Assembly: GCA_028244835.1 (NCBI GenBank)
Contig: JAOKBJ010000002.1
Location: 12,942 to 76,941, forward strand
Length of the DNA stretch: 64,000 nt
Origin: Methylophilaceae bacterium
GTDB lineage: Bacteria; Pseudomonadota; Gammaproteobacteria; Burkholderiales; Methylophilaceae
Direction: 5' to 3'
The notes beneath the pieces were generated by a model. That model had not been told where the DNA came from. It saw only the letters and a list, made by a program, of their open reading frames with translations, and did not search any database. Positions within the stretch are counted from its first letter, which is position 1. Every line of letters starts with the position of its first letter. Shown one piece after another: positions 20,049 through 30,300 of the stretch. The translations under genes were made by a program, and so were the position numbers.

Positions 20049-20974
20049 TAAAAATCTATTCCCATTTCTTCCCTAACCTCTCTCATAGTATCTTTAGCAA
20101 TTTTTCTTGCCTTCTCGCAACCATCAGCCGCAACACTTCTAATTAAATCTGGGCTATCTTTATACTGCTGTAATTTATCTTTATAGGTTTGAGATTCTCT
20201 ATTGAATAAAATCTTATTAGATTCCTTATCTATTAATTTAAATTCTGGCTCTATAAGTATCATTTTACCACCGCCCTCTAAATACCCTAGGAGCCTTTCT
20301 TTATCACCGAGGCTTAAACCCTGTTGATCTTCAATAAGTGATTGTGCAGATTCCAAAACTTGTTCATCGCCCTTTGCTAAATATGAAGCTCGTAATTCTT
20401 CATATAAATGACTCTTCTTTGTCCCAAGTTTTTTTATAGCTAGTTTAGCTTTTTCTTGATAGCCAATATCTTTACCATATAAATTATTAAATTCTTTAAC
20501 AATATTTGAGGTTAATTTAACAAATGGTATTTGATTCTCAGCTCCTGATATTTGAGTAGCTCTGTAAAGCAAAACATCTGTGCTTTGCATTAAATCTTGA
20601 CCTAAATTACCTAAAGTTAAACTATTTTCTTCTCCGTCATCTAGGTTATTTATTTTATTAAACCAATTTAGTGGGGTAATCATTGATAATAATGTAAAAA
20701 TTTCTGTATGTTCTGGAATTTTAGATTGAACAAATATGGTTGCTTGGGCAGGGTCTAAGCCACACGCCAACCAATCAATAATCATTTTTTCAGTAGTTTT
20801 TTCAATTAATTCTGGATTAGTATTTCTTGTGACCAAAGAATGTAAATCAGCAACAAAAAATAAACATTCATTTTCGTGTTGCATACTTATCCAATTAGAA
20901 AGCTTTAAATCATATTCATTATTAAAAAGATTTAAACTTGGTTTAATACCAGAAACTATTCTTTCTATTGCCAT
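20048..20974 (-). CDS. Degenerate tryptophanyl-tRNA synthetase paralog (no HIGH, no KMSKS, anticodon domain largely missing)
   Basis: TrpRS-like FFVADLHSL, DWLACGLDP, FVQSKIPEH and C-terminal DGCEKAR...REVREEMG; catalytic motifs replaced or deleted; uninterrupted 308-aa ORF. Confidence 0.85.
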   Translation of the reverse strand: MAIERIVSGIKPSLNLFNNEYDLKLSNWISMQHENECLFFVADLHSLVTRNTNPELIEKTTEKMIIDWLACGLDPAQATIFVQSKIPEHTEIFTLLSMITPLNWFNKINNLDDGEENSLTLGNLGQDLMQSTDVLLYRATQISGAENQIPFVKLTSNIVKEFNNLYGKDIGYQEKAKLAIKKLGTKKSHLYEELRASYLAKGDEQVLESAQSLIEDQQGLSLGDKERLLGYLEGGGKMILIEPEFKLIDKESNKILFNRESQTYKDKLQQYKDSPDLIRSVAADGCEKARKIAKDTMREVREEMGIDF

Positions 20975-20992
20975 TTTTAATCGTTATCCTAT

Positions 20993-21634
20993 TTAACCGA
21001 ATATAGTAAAAATAATAGTTTTACTTATATTTATTATTGGAAATAATATACTACCGAGTACACCAGAAAAAAGTAAAAATATTATTATAAATAATCCATA
21101 CCTTTCTAAATTTTCTATATAACTTGACCATGGGTAAGGTAACAAGCTTACAGCAACTCTTCCGCCATCTAATGGAGGAATTGGGAGCATATTTAATACC
21201 ATTAAGATAAGATTAATTTGAATACCGGCTAGAGCCATCTCTTGCAAAAAGAATACAGAGCTATCAGGGAATAGTTGTAATCTTGCATATAAAAATGTCC
21301 AAAAAATAGCCATTAATAAATTAGAAAATGGTCCTGCCAGAGCAACCCACATCATATTTTTTTTTGGATTTCTTAAATTAGAAAAATTTACTGGGACAGG
21401 CTTTGCCCATCCAAACAAAATACCTCCCAGCATAACTGTTAATGCCGGAAGTATGATTGTTCCCACTGGGTCGATATGCTTTAGTGGATTTAGACTAATT
21501 CTGCCTAAATAATGAGCAGTCATATCACCAAAATATCTTGCCGCATAGCCATGAGCAGCCTCATGAACTGTAATTGCAAAAATAATAGGTAATGCATAAG
21601 CAGTTATTTTTTGAATTATTGTTAACTCTTCCAT
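20993..21634 (-). CDS. Site-2 protease family (M50) membrane metalloprotease
   Basis: HEAAH, GWAKPVP, NMLPIPPLDGGR. Confidence 0.95.
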   Translation of the reverse strand: MEELTIIQKITAYALPIIFAITVHEAAHGYAARYFGDMTAHYLGRISLNPLKHIDPVGTIILPALTVMLGGILFGWAKPVPVNFSNLRNPKKNMMWVALAGPFSNLLMAIFWTFLYARLQLFPDSSVFFLQEMALAGIQINLILMVLNMLPIPPLDGGRVAVSLLPYPWSSYIENLERYGLFIIIFLLFSGVLGSILFPIINISKTIIFTIFG

Positions 21635-21672
21635 ATACCCCTATAAGTGTTTGGAATGATTATTTTGTTCAT

Positions 21673-22704
21673 TTATTTAAACTCTTTTATACCTATTGCT
21701 TTTCTAATTTCTTCAATTACAGGTGTAGATATATTCAATGCTTTTTGAGCTCCTTCCTTGAGCGTTTTTTCAATATAGCTTTTATCTTGAGTAATTTTCT
21801 CATATTCACTTCTAAATGGTTTAATTTTTTCTTCAAGTAAATTAAATAATTCTTCTTTAGCTTCACCCCATGCTATTCCGTTCTCATATTTTTTATTTAA
21901 ATTAAGAACCTCATCTTCATTTCCGAATGCTTGAAAAATTTTAAATACCGAACATTCATTCGGATCTTTTGGTACTCCAGGCTCAAGTGAATTAGTCTTA
22001 ATTTTCATTATTAATTTTTTTAATTTTTTTGAAGTATCAAAAATTGGAATAGTATTATTATAACTTTTACTCATTTTTCTACCATCACTACCTGGTATTA
22101 TTCCTTTTTTTTCATCTATCATTGCTTCTGGCACTGACAAAATATCTCCATAATGATGGTTGAATCTAAGAGCTATATCTCTTGTCATTTCTATATGTTG
22201 TTTTTGATCTTGTCCTACAGGGACTATATCGGCTTTGAACATTAAAATATCAGCTGCCATTAAAATAGGGTAGTTATAAAGCCCCATAGTAATTCCTTTA
22301 TCAGGATCAACTGCATTATCATTTTCTGCAACAGCTGCTTTGTATGCGTGCGCTCTATTCATTAAGCCCTTTGCAGCTAAACAATTAAGGATCCATGTTA
22401 GTTCAAAAATATGAGGCACATCTGACTGCCTGTAAAAAGTAACTTGTTCAGGGTCTAATCCACAAGCCAACCAACAGGCGGCAATTTCAAAGCTAGATGA
22501 ATGCGTTAATTCTGGATTTATATTTTTTATTAATGAATGATAATCTGCTAAAAATAAAAAACTTGAAACATTATTTTTCTTACTAGCTTCAATTGCTGGA
22601 AGAACAGCTCCTGAAAGATTTCCTAAATGTGGTATTCCACTTGTAGTAATACCAGTAAGAACTCTTTTTTTATTTTGATTTTTTTCGCTCATTTTATTAT
22701 CCAT
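21673..22704 (-). CDS. trpS: Tryptophan--tRNA ligase (intact)
   Basis: TGITTSGIPHLGN (HIGH), YPILMAADIL, VPVGQDQ, GRKMSKSY. Confidence 0.96.
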   Translation of the reverse strand: MDNKMSEKNQNKKRVLTGITTSGIPHLGNLSGAVLPAIEASKKNNVSSFLFLADYHSLIKNINPELTHSSSFEIAACWLACGLDPEQVTFYRQSDVPHIFELTWILNCLAAKGLMNRAHAYKAAVAENDNAVDPDKGITMGLYNYPILMAADILMFKADIVPVGQDQKQHIEMTRDIALRFNHHYGDILSVPEAMIDEKKGIIPGSDGRKMSKSYNNTIPIFDTSKKLKKLIMKIKTNSLEPGVPKDPNECSVFKIFQAFGNEDEVLNLNKKYENGIAWGEAKEELFNLLEEKIKPFRSEYEKITQDKSYIEKTLKEGAQKALNISTPVIEEIRKAIGIKEFK

Positions 22705-22752
22705 CCTTATCTATTACAGTCTAAAAATGTCATTAAAAAATTATTTTTGTCT

Positions 22753-23610
22753 CTAATGAATATCATTCATCACATTCGGCCATTTAGACCAAATAGGTTT
22801 GCATTGTTCAGGTAACTCCCTAACAAAACCAATTGCTCTATGAGAAATACCGGGTCCATGAAAATCAGAACCGCATGAAGCAAACAAATCATATTCTTTT
22901 GCTAATTCTGCAAAATATGAAGATTGAGAAGGGTCTTGACTACCAGACATTACCTCAATCCCAGTTCCTCCAAATGACTTAAAATCAGTCAAAAGTGATG
23001 GATACAGTTTATTACCCATGTCGTATCTACCAGGATGAGCAATTACTGCATCGCCCCCTGCATTAGTAATCCATGAAACTGCATCTTCTAATGAAGCCCA
23101 TTCATGATCAACATAACCGGGCTTACCCGGAGTTAAAAATTTTTTAAACACCTGTTTAATATCTTTCGCATATCCTTGAGAAACTAGAAACTGAGCAAAA
23201 TGTATCCTACCTATAGTGCTATGCTTAGTAAATTTCTTAGCGCCTTCTAATGCATTAAATATCGATGCCATACCCAAACTATGAGCCATTCCTTCCGCCC
23301 TTTTTTCTCGCCCTATTCGTATCTGTTTTAAGCCATCAATAAGATTTATATTGGATTCATCAAAATTAAGCCCAATGATATGAAGAGTTCTTTTTCTCCA
23401 AGTTACTGAAATCTCAACACCATTAATAAAAATTATATTAAATTTATTAGCCATTAGTCTAGCTTCCTTAAGGCCAGCAATATCGTCATGATCTGTTAGT
23501 GCTAATACTTGAACATCTCTTTCTGATGCATAAGAAACTAATTCTGATGGCGTCAAAAGTCCATCAGATATAGTAGAATGTGAATGAAGATCTATGTTTG
23601 GAGTAATCAT
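22753..23610 (-). CDS. yciV: PHP domain protein (YciV/TrpH family)
   Basis: DLHSHS..SDG, LTDHD, AHPGRY, GSDFHG. Confidence 0.9.
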   Translation of the reverse strand: MITPNIDLHSHSTISDGLLTPSELVSYASERDVQVLALTDHDDIAGLKEARLMANKFNIIFINGVEISVTWRKRTLHIIGLNFDESNINLIDGLKQIRIGREKRAEGMAHSLGMASIFNALEGAKKFTKHSTIGRIHFAQFLVSQGYAKDIKQVFKKFLTPGKPGYVDHEWASLEDAVSWITNAGGDAVIAHPGRYDMGNKLYPSLLTDFKSFGGTGIEVMSGSQDPSQSSYFAELAKEYDLFASCGSDFHGPGISHRAIGFVRELPEQCKPIWSKWPNVMNDIH

Positions 23611-23666
23611 TAGATAACTTAGATTATATTAGTAATTCTTTAATGGGTATAGGTAAACTTTTAAGT

Positions 23667-24194
23667 ATGAAATTTTTATTTGATTTATTTCCGGTTGTAC
23701 TATTTTTTATTTTTTATAAAATATATGATATATACATTGCAACTGCAGTCTTAATGCTTGCAACTTACTCTCAAATACTACTTTTGCGTCTATTTAAAAA
23801 GAAAATTGAAAAAATACTTATTTTTACAGCAATCGTTATTACAGTTTTTGGCGGTATGACCCTTTTTTTTCAAAATAATGTTTTTATTATGTGGAAGCCA
23901 TCAATTATTTATTGGGCTTTTGGCTTGACTATACTAATTGCTGATAAATTATATAAGAAAAATTTAGTACAGTTGTCGCTGGGCTCCCAAGTCAAACTTG
24001 AAAAAAAATATTGGCAAAATTTATCTTGGTCAACAGCATTATTTTTTATCTTTCTTGGCTTTTTAAATATTTATATAGCCCAAAATTTTAATGAAGATAC
24101 ATGGGTTAATTTTAAATTATTTGGAATGACTGCAATACTTTTTATTTATATCATTTTAATTACTTTGTATATTTCTAAAGTTAATAAAAACTAA
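23667..24194 (+). CDS. yciB: Inner membrane protein YciB (septation protein A)
   Basis: [30 protein letters not shown]; start 23667 preferred. Confidence 0.93.
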   Translation: MKFLFDLFPVVLFFIFYKIYDIYIATAVLMLATYSQILLLRLFKKKIEKILIFTAIVITVFGGMTLFFQNNVFIMWKPSIIYWAFGLTILIADKLYKKNLVQLSLGSQVKLEKKYWQNLSWSTALFFIFLGFLNIYIAQNFNEDTWVNFKLFGMTAILFIYIILITLYISKVNKN

Positions 24195-24195
24195 A

Positions 24196-24495
24196 ATGTG
24201 GTACTCAATATATGCAACTGATTTTGTGAATAGTTTAAACAAAAGATTAGTGAATCGTCCTCAACATCTAAAAAGACTGTACCTTCTTCAGGATGAAGGT
24301 AGACTTTTGTTGGCTGGCCCGCTCCCTGCAATTGATTCAGATAATCCAGGTCCTAATGGTTTTTCAGGTAGTTTAATCGTTGCAGAATTTAATTCACTTG
24401 ATGATGCAAAAAAATGGGCTAATGAAGACCCCTATATTCAATGTGGAGTTTACGAAAAGATTGAAGTTAAACCATTTAAAAAAAGCTTACCTTAA
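24196..24495 (+). CDS. yciI: YciI family protein
   Basis: [17 protein letters not shown]. Confidence 0.93.
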   Translation: MWYSIYATDFVNSLNKRLVNRPQHLKRLYLLQDEGRLLLAGPLPAIDSDNPGPNGFSGSLIVAEFNSLDDAKKWANEDPYIQCGVYEKIEVKPFKKSLP

Positions 24496-24752
24496 TGATT
24501 GAAGAAGAAATAAAAGAACGACTAGCATTTTTAAATTCAACATCATTTATTTTAAATAATGAAAGTGAACTACATAGAGGTCACTCTGGAAACAATGGTG
24601 GTAGTCATTTTAATATTCAAATTGTTAGTGAAAAATTCTCTGGGAAATCAAGAATGGAAAGACATAGGATGATATATGAAGCTTTAAGTGATTTATTTCC
24701 TAATACAATTCATGCTTTGAGTATTAAAGCCATTTCCAAAGAGGAAGAATAA
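24495..24752 (+). CDS. bolA: BolA family protein
   Basis: ESELHRGH, SHF, RHRMIY, IHALSI. Confidence 0.92.
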   Translation: MIEEEIKERLAFLNSTSFILNNESELHRGHSGNNGGSHFNIQIVSEKFSGKSRMERHRMIYEALSDLFPNTIHALSIKAISKEEE

Positions 24753-24755
24753 CGA

Positions 24756-25541
24756 ATGATAAAAAAAATACTTTGTTGTTTATATATTTTTAGTTTTTCA
24801 AATTTAGCATTTTCTGAAGAAAAAGAAATTCGAGTTAATGATGAACTAATTAATAATAATCTTATTCATTTCATAAAAAATGAAGTTATGAAGGAAGGTA
24901 TAGAAATAACTAAAGATATGGAAAAAAATATCATAAAACGACTTATTGATCTTGAATTAATATATCAACAAGCTAAAAAGGAAGGTTTAACCAGTCAAGC
25001 AGATTTTCTTTCAAAATCTGAATTGGCATTTAAAGAGCTTATATATACAACTTATCTTCAAAACTTTGTTAAAAAAAATAAAGTTACCAAAAATGAAATT
25101 AAAAAAACTTACGACAATCTTGTAAGTAACTTTAATAGTAATGATTATAAAGCTAGCCATATTTTAGTAAGTACCAAGGATAAAGCCAAAGGGATAATAA
25201 TAAGTTTAAAAAAAGGTGGTGATTTTAAAGAATTAGCGATTCTAAATTCAATTGATAAAGAATCTAAAAGTAATGGGGGTGATTTAGGCTGGTTTGCTGC
25301 TGATGATATGGTTGAATCTTTTTCTAATGCTATAAAAAAAATGACAGTAAATGAAATAACAGACTTTCCAATCCAAAGTCAATTTGGATGGCACATTATT
25401 CAGCTCAATGAAATTAAACCAAGTCTACCTCCACCTTTAGATGAAAAGATTGATGATATAAAAATTATGCTTCAAAAATCAAAATTGAAAAAATTTCTTG
25501 ATGAATTAAGGCTAACTGCAGATATTAAAAAAGAAGATTAA
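24756..25541 (+). CDS. Exported parvulin-type peptidyl-prolyl isomerase
   Basis: Signal peptide; ASHILV, GGDLGWF, SQFGWHII. Confidence 0.92.
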   Translation: MIKKILCCLYIFSFSNLAFSEEKEIRVNDELINNNLIHFIKNEVMKEGIEITKDMEKNIIKRLIDLELIYQQAKKEGLTSQADFLSKSELAFKELIYTTYLQNFVKKNKVTKNEIKKTYDNLVSNFNSNDYKASHILVSTKDKAKGIIISLKKGGDFKELAILNSIDKESKSNGGDLGWFAADDMVESFSNAIKKMTVNEITDFPIQSQFGWHIIQLNEIKPSLPPPLDEKIDDIKIMLQKSKLKKFLDELRLTADIKKED

Positions 25542-25548
25542 CATTCAA

Positions 25549-26250
25549 TTAAAGTGAATTAATTTTATCAACTGCATTTAATATTTTAACTGCATCACCG
25601 CTAATTTTTTCTGTTGGGACTAAAGATGGCCATAATGATGAAAGACTATCTATTATTTTAATCATTTTATTTCTCTTTACATCCTCAGCTTCACTTAATG
25701 AGGAGACTTCATTTAGGATACTCTTTGCAACAGTTGTAAATCCTAAAGCATCTTGATATTCAAATTTATTTTGAATATTTCCATCTACAATACCAATCGC
25801 ATATTCTTCAGCAGCAATTTCTAGTAATGATCTTACTAATAAAACCTTATTTTTAAACGAATTACTCTCACTCTTTACATAGTTTTCATTTTGTCTAATT
25901 GCTTCTAGTAAAATATTGTAGTTCTTTGAAACTATGCTTAATTCTTCATTATTTTCTACAGATAGAGCCAGAGCCTCTAACTCAGTAGCAAAACCATTAG
26001 TTTTTTTAGCCTCAAAAGTTGGAATTAAGCCAGCATATAATTCACTTTTTGGATGCTTCATATGTCTTTTGGCATTTTCATAGTATTCTTTTTTATACAA
26101 TTCAACCCCAACATGGAGATGTCCCTTAACTAGGCCAAGATGAGTCAAATATTGATCATCTTTAAAAACTTTTGATGAGGAATGATCATGGCCTTCATGT
26201 GAGCAACCGGTCAGAAAAAATAATGTAATAACTAATAATTTTTTAATCAT
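25549..26250 (-). CDS. His/Glu-rich lipoprotein of unknown function, candidate metal-binding partner of FTR1
   Basis: Lipobox LTGC then SHEGHDH; HLGLVKGHL, HMKHP..E, EEY, EYQD; 20 bp downstream of FTR1, same strand. Confidence 0.75.
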   Translation of the reverse strand: MIKKLLVITLFFLTGCSHEGHDHSSSKVFKDDQYLTHLGLVKGHLHVGVELYKKEYYENAKRHMKHPKSELYAGLIPTFEAKKTNGFATELEALALSVENNEELSIVSKNYNILLEAIRQNENYVKSESNSFKNKVLLVRSLLEIAAEEYAIGIVDGNIQNKFEYQDALGFTTVAKSILNEVSSLSEAEDVKRNKMIKIIDSLSSLWPSLVPTEKISGDAVKILNAVDKINSL

Positions 26251-26270
26251 ATTTAAACCTTAATAAATAT

Positions 26271-27179
26271 TTATTTTCTTTTGAAATAGAATTTTCGCCA
26301 CATCCTTATCCCAAAAAACAAAGATAAAGCCCAAAGGAAAACTTCTGGCCAATTAGGGTTACTGTTGTACCCGATAAAACCTTTTAAAAAGACACCCACT
26401 CTGCCTTTGTCATGCAGAATATGAGTATACATATTTTTATTGTTTATATTATATGAGTAAAAATTAGAATTAGCAGCTACTGGTAATTCTGAAGTTGGTT
26501 TTAATATATCCCATGCCCTCGTAATTTGTTTCTCTTCCTGCAAGCCAACCAATTCTAAATGATTACCCTTAACCATAAATTCTTCAACCTCATGAGTCCC
26601 AAAAGCAACCATACCTGAGGCAAATATTGCTAACATGAGAGTGGTTCCTTGAAAAAATAAACGTAAATTTATCTTTCTCCCTTGAATAACAATTCCATAG
26701 CCAATTAAAAGAGCAAGAATTAAGCCTGCAGCGAATCCAACATATGAAAATGTTCCTGACATAGAGAAACTTCCAAGAAGGAATAAAGCTGTTTCAAAAC
26801 CTTCCCGAAGAATTGCAAAAAATACTAATAAAAATATACCCCAACCTGATGCCGCTAGCGCCTGATTAGCTTTTTTTTCCATACCATCTCTGTGGCTAAC
26901 ATGCTTTGAAAGCCAGAAAATTACATACCACAATAGCCCAGCGGTAATGAACATACTAATACCTTCAAACAGTGCGCTAATAGACTCATTACCTATAGAT
27001 TTTTTTACATAATTTAACGAAATGGCAACAATAACACTTGCAACTATGGCTGAAAAAACACCAAGCCAGACCTGTTTTAATTCTTTTTTTAAATTATTTT
27101 TTTCTAAAAGTAGGTAAATTATTCCGACAATCAAACAAGCTTCGAGGCTTTCACGAAATACAATAATAAATTCATTCAT
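26271..27179 (-). CDS. FTR1/EfeU family iron permease
   Basis: Two RExxE motifs (FRESLEA, LREGFET), multiple TM segments. Confidence 0.93.
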   Translation of the reverse strand: MNEFIIVFRESLEACLIVGIIYLLLEKNNLKKELKQVWLGVFSAIVASVIVAISLNYVKKSIGNESISALFEGISMFITAGLLWYVIFWLSKHVSHRDGMEKKANQALAASGWGIFLLVFFAILREGFETALFLLGSFSMSGTFSYVGFAAGLILALLIGYGIVIQGRKINLRLFFQGTTLMLAIFASGMVAFGTHEVEEFMVKGNHLELVGLQEEKQITRAWDILKPTSELPVAANSNFYSYNINNKNMYTHILHDKGRVGVFLKGFIGYNSNPNWPEVFLWALSLFFGIRMWRKFYFKRK

Positions 27180-27228
27180 ACTGCTCTTCTCAATATCTTT
27201 TTTAAGATTTTATAAGGATGTTATTCTA

Positions 27229-27249
27229 GATGAGAATGATTCTTATTAC
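27229..27249. promoter_or_regulatory. Putative Fur box
   Basis: TGAGAAT-G-ATTCTTA at 27231-27245, near-perfect 7-1-7 inverted repeat about 50 bp upstream of the FTR1 start. Confidence 0.8.
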
Positions 27250-27318
27250 AATAAATTATTTATTTTAATTTGATTAAATTATTAAGCTAAATAAGAATCT
27301 CAACTATAATTAGATAAA

Positions 27319-30300
27319 ATGCAAAAAAATACTATTACCTCCTTCTTTGGCTCTCGAATTTATTCAGAATTTAGAAAATCGACCTTATTAAATGATGCGC
27401 TAAAATCTATATCTGAAATTAAAAATCTTACCTCGTCTTATCTTCATGTAATAGAAAGTAAAGAAAAGTTATCTTCCAAAGTTCAAAAAAGTCTTAGCCA
27501 AATTTTAACCTATGGTGAAGATATTAAAGAAGAAGTATCACCTAAAAATGCCATTTTTATTGGTCCGAGAATTGGGACAATTTCACCTTGGAGCTCAAGA
27601 GCCACTGATATTGTTCAGCAATGTGGAATTGATATTTTAAGAATAGAAAGAATTAAAACAATTTCTTTTGTAACGAACTCTGGGAAACCCTTATCTAAAA
27701 GAGATAAAGAAGCGATAGGACAATTATTGTATGACCGCATGACTGAATCAATTTTTATTGATCAAGATGATATCAATAAACTTTTTATTCACCACAATCC
27801 AAGACCTCTTAATCATATAGATATTATTGATAAAGGAATTTCTGAATTACAAAGCTTCAATGAAGCACAAGGACTAGCTTTGTCAGATGACGAAATAAAT
27901 TACTTATTTAAATACTTTTCATCTGAAAATAGAAATCCAACTGACGCAGAATTAATGATGTTTGCTCAAGCTAATTCTGAACATTGTCGGCATAAAATAT
28001 TTAATGCCAATTGGATTTTAAACAATAAAGAACAGTCGGAATCATTATTCTCTATGATTCGCAATACACACAAAATTTCACCGCAAAAAACTATTGTCGC
28101 TTATTCAGATAATTCTTCTATTATTGAAGGGTCAGTGATTAAAAGATTTTATCCTGACATTAATAATAAGTTTATAGAACATAACGAACTTACTCATTAT
28201 TTAATGAAAGTTGAAACACATAATCACCCTACTGCAATATCCCCTTTTGCTGGGGCAGCTACTGGTGCAGGTGGTGAAATTCGAGATGAAGGTGCCACAG
28301 GGAGAGGATCAAAACCAAAGGCTGGGTTAGCTGGCTTTTCAGTATCTTATTTAAGAATTCCTAATTTTATTCGAGTATGGGAAAAAAATAATATCGGCAA
28401 ACCAGAAAGAATTGCTTCAGCTTTACAGATTATGATTGATGGACCTATAGGAGCCGCTGCTTACAACAACGAATTTGGAAGGCCCAATATTTTGGGTTAT
28501 TTTAGAGCTTTAGAATTCAAATATAAAGACATTCCCAAGGCATATGGATATCATAAGCCGATTATGCTTGCTGGCGGGATTGGAAGTATTAGTGCTAACC
28601 ATGCCCATAAAGAACAATTAAAAGACGGTAATTTACTTATACAACTAGGTGGGCCTGCAATGTTAATTGGCTTAGGTGGAGGTGCAGCTTCCAGTATGAA
28701 ATCAGGTACAAATAAAGAAAATCTTGATTTTGCCTCTGTGCAACGCGGGAACCCAGAATTACAAAGACGTGCCCAAGAAGTCATTGATCGATGTTGGCAA
28801 CTCGCAGATAAAAATCCAATATTAAGTATTCATGATGTTGGAGCTGGTGGGCTATCCAATGCTTTCCCTGAATTAATTAATGATGGTGGTATGGGTGCAA
28901 TTATGAATATTCGCGATATTGACAATGAAGAGTTAGGAATGTCACCTAAAGAAATTTGGTCTAACGAAGCTCAAGAGCGATATGTATTAGCTATTGATGC
29001 AAAAGATTTAGAAATATTTTCTGGTATTTGTAAAAGAGAAAGGTGCCCTTTTAAGGTTGTTGGAAAAACTACTAAGGGGAAAAATCTTAAGGTTGAAGAT
29101 AGCCTACTGAAACAAGATATTGTTAAGATGGATCTTGATGTTCTTTTAGGTAAGCCACCTAAGCTTATAAAAAAAGTTAGGGGTGGTTTTGTTAACGAAT
29201 CAAAAAATACAAATTACGGGTCAGGAAAATATTGGCGCTCAATCAAAGACGACTGGTTAGAGGCGCTCAAAGAAGTACTCAGGTATCCAAGCGTTTCAAG
29301 TAAAAACTTTCTTATTACCATCGGAGATCGATCAGTTACTGGTTTAATTGCTCAAGATCAAATGGTTGGGCCTTGGCAAGTGCCAGTTTCCAATGTTGGG
29401 GTAACAAAAAGTACATTTGATTCAATAACAGGTGAAGCAATGGCCATTGGAGAGAAAGCTCCCATTGCGATGATAGACGCAGCTGCATCGGCAAGAATGG
29501 CAGTATCTGAAGCAATCACAAATATTGCAGCGAGTGCTATTGAAGATATTAGTCTGATTAAACTCTCAGCTAATTGGATGGCGGCATCTGGAAGCAATAA
29601 GCAAGATGGTGAATTATTTAGGGCTGTAAAAGCTATCGGTATGGAATTATGTCCTGACCTAGGTATTAGTATTCCAGTAGGAAAGGACTCTATGTCAATG
29701 CAAACAACTTGGGAGGATGATGAAGTTAAAACTGTTACATCTCCCATTTCTGTAATTATTACTGCATTTAGTGAGTCCTATAATGTCAATAAAACACTAA
29801 CGCCCCAGTTAATTCCAGATGAAGATACCTCAATTATATTAATTGATTTGGGTGCTGGAAAAAATAGAATGGGTGGCTCAGCATACAACTTGATTAAAAA
29901 TGACCATGATTTCTCCGCCGACGAACCTCCAGATCTAGATAATGTTAAATTAATTAAAAATTTCTTTAAAGGTATTCAGTTTTTAAATAAAGAAAATAAA
30001 TTACTGGCTTACCATGATCGATCTGATGGAGGGTTAATTACTTCAGCCCTTGAAATGGCATTTGCAGGACGTTGTGGGCTAGAATTAGTATTGCCATTTG
30101 AAAAATCAACTGATGGCGCGGATGAAATTAATAAGTTTTTATACAATGAAGAACTCGGGGCTTTAATTCAAGTTAATAATAAGGATATAAAGTTCGTTCA
30201 AGAATATTTAGGGGGTGAACTCGGCCTATCTTTAAAGACTATCGGCCATCCAACAAAAAAATACTATAATGGTGGACAGAGAATTGCTTTTTCTTGGACA

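Noticed and set aside
20048-20974. Calling the degenerate trpS a simple pseudogene
   Set aside because: No stops or frameshifts despite heavy divergence, and the loss is motif-selective; kept as CDS, though decay is not excluded without dN/dS.
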